DNA of 32,000 nucleotides from Candidatus Methanosuratincola verstraetei (GCA_049570475.1 CP186953.1:803847-835846); one strand, 5' to 3'; shown: positions 1 to 12,980, counted from the stretch's first letter. A program made the numbers and translations. The notes: generated by a model from the letters alone, not told the origin.

Positions 1-97
1 GTCTCCCCCTATGCCTCACGGCATCGCGGTTCCACATGGAGGGTGGAGTTTCCTCAGACCCAGAAGGGTCCGTCAGTCGCCCGCCAACTCGCCCCAA
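1..97 (-). ncRNA. rnpB: RNase P RNA, 5' portion (continues beyond the left edge)
   Basis: The reverse complement reads GGGGCGAGUUGGCGGGCGACUGAC, then GGACCC-UUCU-GGGUCU (P3-like hairpin). Next comes GAGGAAACUCC (P4 5' strand, compare the universal GAGGAAAGUCC), then ACCCUCCAUGUGG, then AUGCC-GUGA-GGCAU (GNRA-capped hairpin), then AGGGGGAGAC. This element order matches RNase P RNAs as I recall them from E. coli and archaeal type A. A TATA-like TTTATC (plus-strand 118-123) lies about 20 nt upstream of the proposed 5' end. Confidence 0.55.
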
Positions 98-223
98 AGC
101 TTGCTTACGCAGCGTGCGATAAATCTTTTCCTTCATTTTATTCCGTTCCGACCATGTTTCTTAGTTCCATATGTAACAAAATCCTTAAGTATTACACATT
201 TTAACAAAAATAACACGATTAAT

Positions 224-907
224 ATGCACATACCTGATGGATTCCTATCTTTACCGATAATAGTGATTACTTATGTTTTCGCAATTTCCGTTTTAGCAAT
301 TTCTTTCAGAAAGGTTAAAGGGAATGTGGACGATCGCCTCGTCCCACTAATGGCGCTGCTGACAGCACTGTTTTTTGCCGTCCAGATGGTTAACTACCCT
401 ATAATTGGCGGCACTACTGCGCACCTGCTGGGAGCACCCGCCTTGGGCATTCTCTTGGGTCCTTGGCTCGGAAGCATATCAATGGCAATTATACTTGTGC
501 TGCAGTGTTTCCTCTTCGCGGATGGCGGGGTCACTGCCCTTGGGGCAAACATACTGAACATGGCCATAATAGGGGTGATGGTCCCATATGCCGTCTACTT
601 GCTCGTCTCCAAAAAAGGAGGAAGGGGCGCAGTTAGTTTCGGGATATTCTTCGGTGCGTTCCTTGGCGATGTGCTGGGCGCAGTGGCGGCAGGCCTTGAG
701 CTGGGTCTTTCAGCCCCAATTTTCCAGTATGGTGTATCTATCGCTGTCCCTGCGATGGGCATCCATCATTCGGTGATCGGTCTTGCTGAAGGGTTCGTAA
801 CCCTCGTTGTCGTATACAGCACGATAAAGATCAGGCCTTCAATACTGACTCTTAATAGAGGTCTTTCAGTTCTGATTCCATCTGCTGGTGGTGTAATGAA
901 TGAGTGA
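224..907 (+). CDS. cbiM: Cobalt ECF transporter substrate-capture component CbiM
   Basis: The internal ATG at 224 gives the canonical N-terminus MHIPDGFLS. The product is a multi-TM protein followed by N/Q/O genes. The longer ORF starting at 11 would run through the RNase P RNA and an AT-rich promoter region. Confidence 0.85.
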   Translation: MHIPDGFLSLPIIVITYVFAISVLAISFRKVKGNVDDRLVPLMALLTALFFAVQMVNYPIIGGTTAHLLGAPALGILLGPWLGSISMAIILVLQCFLFADGGVTALGANILNMAIIGVMVPYAVYLLVSKKGGRGAVSFGIFFGAFLGDVLGAVAAGLELGLSAPIFQYGVSIAVPAMGIHHSVIGLAEGFVTLVVVYSTIKIRPSILTLNRGLSVLIPSAGGVMNE

Positions 908-1244
908 GAACTCCATTGAAAATCTGGACAAAAGCAAATTGGACCATCCTAACAAAAAATGGCTGTTGACTGGGATGGTGGTGGCTGCCGTGTTGGTTGC
1001 GATGGGCACTTTCGTTTTCTCAGAGTCAATTGAGACTCTTGACGTCAAGGCAGAGGAGCTGGGATTCGAAGGCTTCTCATTGCTTCCTGCTCCATTCCCA
1101 GAGTATGCCATACCTGGTCTCGAAGATCCTCTGGTAAACTTCTTGCTAGGATTTGTCTCTGTTCTATTGGTCTTAATCGCAGCTTTCGGAGTCTACAAAA
1201 TCCTCTCATCACCGCATAATTTAAAGGGTGTATCTACATCTTGA
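900..1244 (+). CDS. CbiN-like / PDGLE-domain small membrane component of the cobalt transporter
   Basis: Two predicted TM segments flank SESIETLDVKAEELGFEG, which resembles the PDGLE motif region. The gene overlaps the cbiM stop by 8 nt and sits between cbiM and cbiQ. Confidence 0.65.
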   Translation: MSENSIENLDKSKLDHPNKKWLLTGMVVAAVLVAMGTFVFSESIETLDVKAEELGFEGFSLLPAPFPEYAIPGLEDPLVNFLLGFVSVLLVLIAAFGVYKILSSPHNLKGVSTS

Positions 1245-2062
1245 AGTACGCTCCGATCTCCGTGAGGGGTCTGCTTTCTGGGCTTGAGTATTTGCTCTAC
1301 GTCGAGGAGAGCAATTCGCATCCCGGGATCCTCCACAGGATCGACCCGCTGACAAGGAACATTTCGCTCATCCTGATTATCTTCGCTTCTCTGCTAACAC
1401 ATTCGATCCTTGCGCTTTCGCTGATGTTGCTACTGGTAGGCGCCTTGGTCCTTATTTCTGGAGTGAGTATAAGGAATTACCTTCTCAAGACTTCGTTAAT
1501 ACCTTTGTTCTCATTAATCATTGTCATACCGATCCCGTTAATCACCCCAGGGACGTCTCTTTGGTCTGCGAGTTTAGGGTCTTTGTTGTTGACTGTAAGT
1601 TATGAGGGGGTGCTGAGAGTTGCTGAGTTCGTACTGAGGGTGTGGTTATGTGTGGGTGTGGCGGTTCTGATCACCATGGTCGGGGGCATAAACGGTTTGC
1701 TCTCGTTTTTGGGTGCCATTCGGCTGCCTGGCTTGTTTACACAAACGCTGGCGCTAACATACCGATACATCTTCCTCTCCATAGACGAGTCCATGCGAAT
1801 GCTTCTGGCTAGGGACGCAAGGACCTTCAAAAAGCGGAATCGTCTTAGTTTGGAGGATCTCAGAGGGATCTCTGGGGTCATAACCGCCCTGCTAGTTAGG
1901 GTTCATGAACGTTCCGATCGGGTCTATCTTGCAATGCGTGCCAGGGGCTTTTCAACCTCATCCAGGGCAAGCCCATGCAGATGGAGACCAAACTTTTCAG
2001 ACATAGCTTTTTTAGCACTGCTTTCCTCTCTTCTACTGCTAATCCTTACTATTCGGGTGTAA
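1241..2062 (+). CDS. cbiQ: ECF transporter transmembrane (T) component CbiQ/EcfT
   Basis: Polytopic membrane protein with the EcfT-type Ala-Arg-Gly motifs (LLARDAR, AMRARGF). It has a TTG start that overlaps the upstream stop (TTGA). Confidence 0.85.
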   Translation: MKYAPISVRGLLSGLEYLLYVEESNSHPGILHRIDPLTRNISLILIIFASLLTHSILALSLMLLLVGALVLISGVSIRNYLLKTSLIPLFSLIIVIPIPLITPGTSLWSASLGSLLLTVSYEGVLRVAEFVLRVWLCVGVAVLITMVGGINGLLSFLGAIRLPGLFTQTLALTYRYIFLSIDESMRMLLARDARTFKKRNRLSLEDLRGISGVITALLVRVHERSDRVYLAMRARGFSTSSRASPCRWRPNFSDIAFLALLSSLLLLILTIRV

Positions 2063-2065
2063 TGC

Positions 2066-2914
2066 TTGCAAGAAACTATCGTCAATGTTGAAGGGGTCAA
2101 CTACAGATATTCTGCAAACCTAGAGGCGATCAGGGACGTTTCCTTCAAAGTCAAGAAAGGAGAGCGCGTCGGGATCCTTGGTCCTAATGGAGCCGGCAAG
2201 TCCACACTCGCAATGCTCCTCGCTGGTCTGTTTGTTCCGGCTTCTGGTGATGTGCAAGTCTTCGGCGTCTCGACAAGATCAAAAGAGTTTGAGCGCCTGA
2301 GATCGAAGATCGGCATAGTGTTCCAGGATCCAGAAGATCAACTATTCAACAATACGGTGCTAGAGGACGTTTCATATTCACTCAGGAATCTTGGGGTCGA
2401 CAAGGACTCAGCAAACAGGCGTTCCCTGGAAACCCTTGAGATGCTCGGGGTTTCCCACTTGAAGAATCGCTCTCCCTACCGCCTCAGCTACGGCGAGAAA
2501 AAGCGCGTCTCCTTAGCGACTGCGCTGGTGAACTCCCCTGATTTGCTCATACTTGACGAGCCGACAGCCAACCTCGACCTAAAATCGAGGAGAGGCCTTG
2601 TCCAACTCATCACGCTCTTGAACAAACAGGGTATGACCATTATAGTTTCCACGCATGATGTCGAGGCGCTCCCTGAGCTTGTTGAAAGGGTCTTGATAAT
2701 TGAAAATGGAAAAGTGATCTCAGAGGGACCTGTCAAGTCGATAATAACCAATGAGCCGCTCCTGAGCAAGGCCTCACTGGAGCCTCCTGCGATCTCGCGC
2801 CTATTCATGAAGCTGAAGGCAAGGGGTTTGGTCGATGAGATCCCATCCAGCCTCGAAGAGGCTTTTTTGATTTTGGAAAAAGCACTCTCGAAGAAAAACG
2901 GATCTTGCACTTAA
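2066..2914 (+). CDS. cbiO: ECF transporter ATPase CbiO
   Basis: Walker A GPNGAGKST, ABC signature LSYGEKKRV and Walker B LLILDEPT. TTG start 3 nt after the cbiQ stop. Confidence 0.9.
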   Translation: MQETIVNVEGVNYRYSANLEAIRDVSFKVKKGERVGILGPNGAGKSTLAMLLAGLFVPASGDVQVFGVSTRSKEFERLRSKIGIVFQDPEDQLFNNTVLEDVSYSLRNLGVDKDSANRRSLETLEMLGVSHLKNRSPYRLSYGEKKRVSLATALVNSPDLLILDEPTANLDLKSRRGLVQLITLLNKQGMTIIVSTHDVEALPELVERVLIIENGKVISEGPVKSIITNEPLLSKASLEPPAISRLFMKLKARGLVDEIPSSLEEAFLILEKALSKKNGSCT

Positions 2915-2969
2915 AATAAGTTTCTCATATAAAACATTAAAAAATTATATTTTAATGATAGAAACCTGA

Positions 2970-4496
2970 TTAACCGTAAATGGTCCTGTATTTGCCTTCG
3001 AGATAGTCTGCAAAATGGTTCGGGTTTATGCTTTCACCGGTTACCTTCACTAGGAGCTCCATGGGGTCGTAGAGGTTTCCTGCCCTGTGGATGTTTTTGG
3101 TCAACCATTGCCTTGTTGGCTCGAAGTTGCCCTTCTCTATCTCCGTCCAGCAGTCCTCCACCTCTTTCTCGAGTTTGTTTAGTATTTGAGCACAGTAGAT
3201 ATTGCCTAGGGCATACGATGGGAAGTACCCGAAGTATCCGTGTGCCCAATGGACATCCTGGAGGACTCCTTCGGCATCATTTTGGATCTCTACGCCTAGG
3301 TACTTCGAGTATTTTTCGTTCCAGACCTGGGGGAGATCTTTAACGTCCACTTTCCCTGAGAACAATGCACTCTCGATCTCGAACCTTGTTATTATGTGGA
3401 GCGCATAGGTGGCTTCATCAGCCTCAATACGGATCTTCGATGGCTTGACGCTGTTTACTGCTCTAAGCGCCTCCGCCATGTCGATGTCTGAAAACTGCCC
3501 TGAAGTCAACTTGTTTATTATTGGGAGGAAGTATGTCCAGAAATACTTGGATCTTCCTACCACGTTCTCCACAAATCGAGACTGCGATTCATGGAAGCCG
3601 AATGAGCAGGCCGTGCCGACGGGCTGGTACTTCCAGCTTGGATCCAAGTTCAGCTCGTACAGCGCATGCCCCCCTTCGTGGAGCACCGAGAAAAGTGAGG
3701 ACATGAAGTTGTCTTCATAATAGTGGGTCGTTATCCTAACATCGTCGTAATATCCAATGGTGAAAGGATGCTCAGTAGGGTCGATCCTCCCCCTGGCGCT
3801 ATTTCCGCTAATGTCGTAGTTTATGAATTCAGCCACTTTTTTCGCGATCTCGACTTGCATGTTCTGTGGCACAGGCCTTTTCAACCAATCCGCGTTCGGC
3901 TGGGAAGATGAATACTTTGATATTATCGGTATGAGCCTGCTTTTCAATTGGTCAAAAGTGTTTCTGATTGCTTCCTCAGAGACTTTGGGTTCGAAGAAGT
4001 CGACAAGCGCGTCATAAAGAGTCTTTACACCCTTCACTTCCGATAGTATCTCTGCGGCCTGTTTTTTCAGCTCAAACATCTTATTGAGCTCTGGCTCAAA
4101 GATCTTAAAGTCCTTGGCGGTCTTTGCATCCCTCCATTGCTTATAGCAGGCTATGGCCTGCCTTTCTGTCTCCGTTACCAACTCTTCTGGGAGCCTTGTA
4201 TTTTCGTCATATTGCTTCCTTATCAGGTACACGTTTCGCTTCTGAACTTGGTCTAGGGATTCATATCCTTGGCTTTTCTCTATCTTATCCAATAGTTCGC
4301 CTATCTCCCTGTCTGTGATCATGCTGTGCTCTATCTTAGAAAGTAGTGCCAACTGCTGTCCGCGTAGATCAAATGCGCATGGGGGCATCATTGTCTCCGT
4401 GTCCCATTGGAGAACCCCCTTTGCAGAAGCCAGAACCGCCAGATCCCTGTACTTCAAAAGAAGTCTTTCATAAGCTTCCAATACAGACATTCCCAT
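2970..4496 (-). CDS. Carboxypeptidase Taq-type (M32) metallopeptidase
   Basis: HEGGHALYE zinc motif (HExxH), plus the HPF and DVHWAHGYFGYFPSYALG motifs typical of M32. The start is placed at MGMSVLEAYE (ATG at 4496). The 67-codon upstream extension is hydrophobic junk that reaches the 23S flank. Confidence 0.85.
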   Translation of the reverse strand: MGMSVLEAYERLLLKYRDLAVLASAKGVLQWDTETMMPPCAFDLRGQQLALLSKIEHSMITDREIGELLDKIEKSQGYESLDQVQKRNVYLIRKQYDENTRLPEELVTETERQAIACYKQWRDAKTAKDFKIFEPELNKMFELKKQAAEILSEVKGVKTLYDALVDFFEPKVSEEAIRNTFDQLKSRLIPIISKYSSSQPNADWLKRPVPQNMQVEIAKKVAEFINYDISGNSARGRIDPTEHPFTIGYYDDVRITTHYYEDNFMSSLFSVLHEGGHALYELNLDPSWKYQPVGTACSFGFHESQSRFVENVVGRSKYFWTYFLPIINKLTSGQFSDIDMAEALRAVNSVKPSKIRIEADEATYALHIITRFEIESALFSGKVDVKDLPQVWNEKYSKYLGVEIQNDAEGVLQDVHWAHGYFGYFPSYALGNIYCAQILNKLEKEVEDCWTEIEKGNFEPTRQWLTKNIHRAGNLYDPMELLVKVTGESINPNHFADYLEGKYRTIYG

Positions 4497-4719
4497 AAAT
4501 CCAATCCACTTCCGCTTAATTTCTGCTTCTATTATTTTAGTGCGAGTTTTAATATATGCTGAGGGTCCGATCTCTAAAACAAGCCGCTTTATTTCTGTCA
4601 GCCGCCGGATCAGTAAATTAAAACTTTGGCAAATAAACAAAAATAAGATTAGAAAATATTGGCTCACCACACACAGGTTCCAGTTTTCCAGTTTCACCCA
4701 GGTTTAGCAGTCCGGGTCA

Positions 4720-7784
<3,065 letters not shown>

Positions 7785-7970
7785 GACCCGGTTTCTACTA
7801 AACCTAGTCTGGTGCCGGAAACACTGGAACCTATGCATGGCGTTCATCGTAAGTCCGGTGCCCTCGCACCTTTCCTACTACGCCCTTCACTATGGAGTTT
7901 CCTCCATAGTTGCATCTATGATTTGGACTCGACATTACTTTCATGTATGGTTGGGGTTAGCGGGTCTTTC
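7785..7970 (-). other. 16S-23S internal transcribed spacer, no tRNA
   Basis: It lies between the 16S 3' end and the 23S 5' end. It contains arms of both processing stems and a perfect 8-bp hairpin CTATGGAG-TTTC-CTCCATAG (7889-7908). I found no T-loop or acceptor pattern. Confidence 0.7.
7925..7957 (-). other. 16S processing stem, 3'-flank arm
   Basis: 7925-7934 (ggactcgaca) is the exact reverse complement of 9519-9528. 7946-7957 (tatggttggggt) is the reverse complement of 9494-9505. The two helices are separated by 11-nt and 13-nt internal loops. Confidence 0.65.
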
Positions 7971-9471
<1,501 letters not shown>

Positions 9472-9493
9472 AACGTCCGCAAGGCCCGTTATT

Positions 9494-9528
9494 ACCCCAA
9501 CCATATTTCATGGTTGTTTGTCGAGTCC
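9494..9528 (-). other. 16S processing stem, 5'-flank arm
   Basis: Partner of 7925-7957 (10-bp plus 12-bp helices). This is the usual archaeal pre-rRNA stem that carries the endonuclease site. Confidence 0.65.
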
Positions 9529-9714
9529 ATTGTAAGACCTAAATCGTCCCAGCGGCGTTGGCACGCTGGCGTTATTCAGGTCCCCATCACTATAACCGCG
9601 ACCGGAGAGCGATCAATCACCCCTCGGGCTGGGCCCGTCAGGTCATGATCAGCGCCGCCGATAGGTCGCGGTTGACGTTGATCACAGTTCGTGCACCCAC
9701 CTACTTACCACGCC

Positions 9715-9726
9715 TAAATATATTTG
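9715..9726 (-). promoter_or_regulatory. Candidate rRNA operon TATA box
   Basis: The minus strand reads CAACAAATATATTTAGGCG. It is the only strong A/T box upstream of the GC-rich 16S leader and would place the TSS near 9690-9697. Confidence 0.35.
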
Positions 9727-9934
9727 TTGCGCCTTGAACTTTCAATAGCTCGTTGTTTCTTCAAGCAGTATTGTTGTCATTGGCATTGTCTATTGCTTAC
9801 ATTTTGATCCCACAATAAATGCCGTCTCTAAATAAAAAACATCATCAGACCCACTTTTATGGAAATATCGTGATAGCAAAATGCGAATAAACAGCGCTAG
9901 TATAGATAGCTTTGTAGCTGGAATGGTGGAATAT

Positions 9935-10276
9935 ATGTCTCAAGAGATCAAGGCACAGAAAGGAGATTTGGTAAGGGTGCATTATGTCGGAAAATTCCAA
10001 GGAGGCAGGGTTTTTGATACCTCAATGGAAAAGGAGGCAATCAAAGCAGGGATTTACAACCCATCCAGAGATTACAAACCTTTGTCTGTAATAATCGGGA
10101 AGGGACAAGTTATACCTGGCTTCGAAGAGGCTTTAATTGGCATGAGGTTAAACGAGGAAAAGGAAGTAATCATCCCCCCTTCCAAGGGATACGGCGCCAA
10201 GGGTAACCATCCGCTGGCCGGAAAGACCTTGGTTTTCAGGATCAAAATGGTTGAAATTAAGAGGGAAAAAGTCTGA
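9935..10276 (+). CDS. FKBP-type peptidyl-prolyl cis-trans isomerase
   Basis: GDLVRVHYVGKF...GRVFDTS...GKGQVIPGFEEALIGM...PPSKGYG...LAGKTLVFRIKMVEIK. The start is placed at MSQEIK (ATG 9935) because a TATA-like AGTATAGATA (about 9900-9909) lies inside the longer ORF. Confidence 0.8.
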   Translation: MSQEIKAQKGDLVRVHYVGKFQGGRVFDTSMEKEAIKAGIYNPSRDYKPLSVIIGKGQVIPGFEEALIGMRLNEEKEVIIPPSKGYGAKGNHPLAGKTLVFRIKMVEIKREKV

Positions 10277-10279
10277 AAG

Positions 10280-10354
10280 TGGGCCCGGAGGGATTTGAAC
10301 CCTCGACCACTCGATTATCAGTCGAGTGCTCATACCAAGCTGAGCTACGAGCCC
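10280..10354 (-). tRNA. tRNA-Ile (anticodon GAU), no intron, CCA not encoded
   Basis: The reverse complement folds as GGGCUCG-UA-GCUC-AGCUUGGUAU-GAGC-A-CUCGA-CUGAUAA-UCGAG-UGGUC-GAGGG-UUCAAAU-CCCUC-CGGGCCC-A. All four stems pair. Confidence 0.95.
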
Positions 10355-10403
10355 CCGCTGAAAAAGTAAGGTCTTACAAATTTATCTTTTTCCATCCAAC
10401 AAA

Positions 10404-10413
10404 GTTTAAATTT
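10404..10413 (+). promoter_or_regulatory. TATA box of tRNA-Ala
   Basis: GTTTAAATTT is centred about 27 nt upstream of tRNA position 1. A second A/T box (ATAAATTT on the minus strand, about 10378-10386) is equally spaced from the divergent tRNA-Ile. Confidence 0.45.
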
Positions 10414-10435
10414 CGCCAAAGATTGTGTTCTCCGA

Positions 10436-10510
10436 GGGCTGGTAGATTAGCGGCAGATCACCTGCCTCGCACGCAGGGGGTCGTGGGTTCAAATCCCACC
10501 CAGTCCACCA
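10436..10510 (+). tRNA. tRNA-Ala (anticodon CGC), CCA encoded
   Basis: GGGCUGG-UA-GAUU-AGCGGCA-GAUC-A-CCUGC-CUCGCAC-GCAGG-GGGUC-GUGGG-UUCAAAU-CCCAC-CCAGUCC-A-CCA. It has the G3:U70 alanine identity pair. Confidence 0.95.
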
Positions 10511-10545
10511 GATCATTTAGTGCACGTGCTGCGCAAATTAAAAAA

Positions 10546-11241
10546 TTATTGAAGATCCTTGCAAACCACCAGGTTCTTGGGGGCGAGTGCAAAATCCTTC
10601 GATTTCATGTACCAGAGACCATTTGCCTCACTGATTCCAGACCAACTCACGATAATTTTCTTTATGAATTCGTCAGAATCTACAACAAAAGTATGGTATT
10701 CCCCATCCTCGCCACAAGCATCAAATCCACCTTTTTCACCCATTGCCAAAAGCTCTTCTATGCAATCTGAATCTAGGGACCTCCCAACCCACTCTGGTCC
10801 GAACCATTCCTTTGACACACAGGTGATTATCGCAGAAACATTATACTTCAGAAGGTCCTTGAGGTGTTGCTTCCTGTCAATCCCAAAAAGTGGTTTTATC
10901 AATTTCAATCCGATATCGCAACAGACTTCTTCCATCCAATTTTCATGGTTGTTGTCAGGTGTCCCTATATCGCCAGTTATAGCACACTCTATTTCAAGAG
11001 ATTCCAGCAATTCCCTTAATGCATTCTTGTACCCATTGAAATAGGGCTCTTTGACCCTCCGCACTAAGCCTGGCAATCTGAGGGCTCGGGACTGTAGCAT
11101 AATCCCTCTCAGGTCATGGCATTTGAATGGGGCATCCCCTGCGAATGTTGCCAAGCAGATTATTTCATGGTCTTGCTGCTTCGCTTGCCTGTAGGCCATA
11201 TACGAATCTTTTCCACCGGACCAAAGCAAAACCGCCTTCAT
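10546..11241 (-). CDS. MJ0570/Dph6-type ATP-binding (PP-loop, diphthine-ammonia ligase-like) protein
   Basis: N-terminal MKAVLLWSGGKDS PP-loop and C-terminal GEDGEYHTFVVD, matching the MJ0570 family (SGGKDS ... GEGGEFETFV). A T6 run follows the stop on the minus strand. Confidence 0.8.
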   Translation of the reverse strand: MKAVLLWSGGKDSYMAYRQAKQQDHEIICLATFAGDAPFKCHDLRGIMLQSRALRLPGLVRRVKEPYFNGYKNALRELLESLEIECAITGDIGTPDNNHENWMEEVCCDIGLKLIKPLFGIDRKQHLKDLLKYNVSAIITCVSKEWFGPEWVGRSLDSDCIEELLAMGEKGGFDACGEDGEYHTFVVDSDEFIKKIIVSWSGISEANGLWYMKSKDFALAPKNLVVCKDLQ

Positions 11242-11319
11242 AGAGGCACCCATTTCAAAATCAATTTTGACTTGCCATTTTATGCTCTATCATGAAACTA
11301 AAAAAGATATAATCGATGT

Positions 11320-11397
11320 GGTGCATGCCATTAGCATATTTCTACTGATGGGGATAATATGGGAGTTATCAGCAGAATATTATTTTTGGCATGCACC
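11320..11397. repeat. Inverted repeat / hairpin element in the gene-free region
   Basis: GGTGCATGCCA (11320-11330) is the exact reverse complement of TGGCATGCACC (11387-11397). The 56-nt spacer contains a nested CTGAT...ATCAG repeat. Confidence 0.4.
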
Positions 11398-11762
11398 TTC
11401 ACGAAGGATTAATGCTTTAGTATATTAAGATTTCTATAGGTTGGTTATGGCTTTTTATAAAAAAAGTCAACTGTACCAAACATTATTCAATCTTTAATCC
11501 ATATTTGGCAGCAAACTAAACAAAGATATATTTTATTTTTTGAAAATAATCATGGAAGATGATGGTGTATTACATTTCTCTGACAGCATCAAGAACAGAC
11601 GACGCACCACCTCACCGTCCATAACCTGATTGTTTGCTTAAAACCATCTGTCAAAATGCCTAATACGTGCTGATTTGTTAGGCAATAAAAGTCCTAAACG
11701 CCTCCATATGGTAATATTTTGTGCGAATGATCTCGATCTGCACCTCATTTCGTAGGCATTCA

Positions 11763-12109
11763 TTTGCTGATCCTGGCCGAGTTGAACTTTTTTGGCAAGT
11801 AATGCGCAGATACACTCACATCGTTAAATTGAACGAACCCAACCCTTCTTAATGCCCAGATATTTTCTAATCCGGAAGCTAGGCCTCTGATCTTATTGTA
11901 CGAAGGGCTTTTAGTAACTAAACTAACCATGCAGGCTCACGCTGTAAGTCGTCCTGCCATTCCATTTTGGAAATTGTCGGATTCCTACTGTTGTCTTCGA
12001 GGGCACTGTTAAACGCCTCGCCCAACATGTCGTTAGCAATGCCAGTCGGACCCACCCCCGCGGTAATCCGCTCTTGGGGATGCTGGTGAAATCGAAACTG
12101 AGTTAAACA
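11763..12109 (-). pseudogene. Possible decayed C-terminal remnant of an rve-type (DDE) integrase/transposase
   Basis: Two minus-strand open frames are offset by one nucleotide. Frame 1 (11921-12109) is ...ITAGVGPTGIANDMLGEAFNSALEDNSRNPTISKMEWQDDLQREPAWLV*. Frame 2 (11763-11930) is MVSLVTKSPSYNKIRGLASGLENIWALRR...*. The E-x-F-N-x-x-L pattern, followed about 40 residues later by Y-N-x-x-R, loosely resembles the rve motifs ERFNRTLK and YNxxRPHxxL. There is no N-terminal part. Confidence 0.3.
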
Positions 12110-12179
12110 TTAAAAGCTATTGTTATTTGATTACAGACAACAAGAGGGGTATTCCTTGAGCGGCGGAGAAATTGACGAA

Positions 12180-12980
12180 ATGGTCATCAGGGCCAAATTG
12201 GGAAAATCAAAATTGATAGTAGTGAAGGTAGGCGCATCATCGCTCTCAGACGAAAACGGCAAGATTGATTTTGAAAAGATCAATTCCATATGCGTTGAAA
12301 TCTCAAATTTGAGAAGAAGGGGAATCGATGTAGTCCTGGTTTCTTCTGGTGCGATCAAAGCAGGGAAAGCCATAATTTCAGACTCCTTGAAGAACAATGA
12401 GATCTCTTCCCTACAGGCTTTTGCTGCCGTCGGACAGGTGCTTTTGATGGAATCATATAGGGATCTCATGGCTGCAAAAGGTTACAAGGTTGCCCAGATA
12501 TTGTTGACTTGGGACGATTTCAGAAGTAAAACGCGGCTAAAGAACCTAGTCAACACAATCCAGACTCTCCTCTCCCTTGGTGTCTTGCCTATAATAAACG
12601 AAAATGACACGATCGCAGTAGAGGAGATCAAATTCGGTGACAATGACACTTTGTCAGCACTCGTAGCGACCCATTTGAATTCCGACCTTTTAGTGATCCT
12701 CTCCGATATCGCCGGTCTCTACTCCGGAGACCCGAGCCTGCCTTCATCAAAACTAATTTCATTTGTGCCTGAAGTTACCCAGGAAGTAGAGGATCTAGCC
12801 TCATCAAAACACAAGGGATTTGGTGGGATGAAAACAAAACTAAAAGCAGCGAAAATGGTAAACTCCTTCGGAATCCCGATGGTGATTGCTAATGGGGGGG
12901 AGTTCGGGATACTGGAGCGTATTATCAATGGCGAGCGTGTAGGCACTTTGATTGGGTCGAGGGTCAAAAATGAAAAATGA
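12180..12980 (+). CDS. proB: Glutamate 5-kinase (short form, no PUA domain)
   Basis: KLIVVKVGASSLSD, VLVSSGAI, INENDTIAVEEIKFGDNDTLSALVA and SDIAGLY motifs. The ATG at 12180 gives a typical N-terminus. Confidence 0.9.
   Translation: MVIRAKLGKSKLIVVKVGASSLSDENGKIDFEKINSICVEISNLRRRGIDVVLVSSGAIKAGKAIISDSLKNNEISSLQAFAAVGQVLLMESYRDLMAAKGYKVAQILLTWDDFRSKTRLKNLVNTIQTLLSLGVLPIINENDTIAVEEIKFGDNDTLSALVATHLNSDLLVILSDIAGLYSGDPSLPSSKLISFVPEVTQEVEDLASSKHKGFGGMKTKLKAAKMVNSFGIPMVIANGGEFGILERIINGERVGTLIGSRVKNEK

Noticed and set aside
11-223. N-terminal extension of the cbiM ORF (MPHGIAVPHGG...).
   Set aside because: It overlaps the RNase P RNA on the other strand and an AT-rich promoter region. The canonical CbiM N-terminus MHIPDG begins at 224.
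1-223. Cobalamin riboswitch upstream of cbiM, as found in bacteria.
   Set aside because: I found no B12-box-like sequence (GCCACUG-type core) on the plus strand. The GC-rich structured part is better explained as minus-strand RNase P RNA.
4497-4697. 67-codon N-terminal extension of the carboxypeptidase ORF.
   Set aside because: It is hydrophobic, low-complexity and AT-rich. M32 peptidases are cytosolic proteins of about 500 aa, and the internal ATG at 4496 gives a typical length.
7785-7970. Spacer tRNA-Ala between 16S and 23S, as expected in many Euryarchaeota.
   Set aside because: There is no acceptor, T-loop (GTTCRANYC) or anticodon arm. The only tRNA-Ala in the window is the separate gene at 10436-10510.
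10279-10770. 163-aa plus-strand ORF spanning both tRNA genes.
   Set aside because: It reads through tRNA-Ile (antisense) and tRNA-Ala and then runs antisense to the well-supported Dph6-like gene. It is an artefact.
11559-11629. Possible box C/D sRNA: AUGAUGG at 11559-11565, CUGA at 11580-11583 and CUGA at 11626-11629.
   Set aside because: The C-to-D' spacer is 14 nt, no C' box sits 12 nt upstream of the terminal CUGA, and there is no terminal stem. This is probably a chance occurrence in AT-rich DNA.
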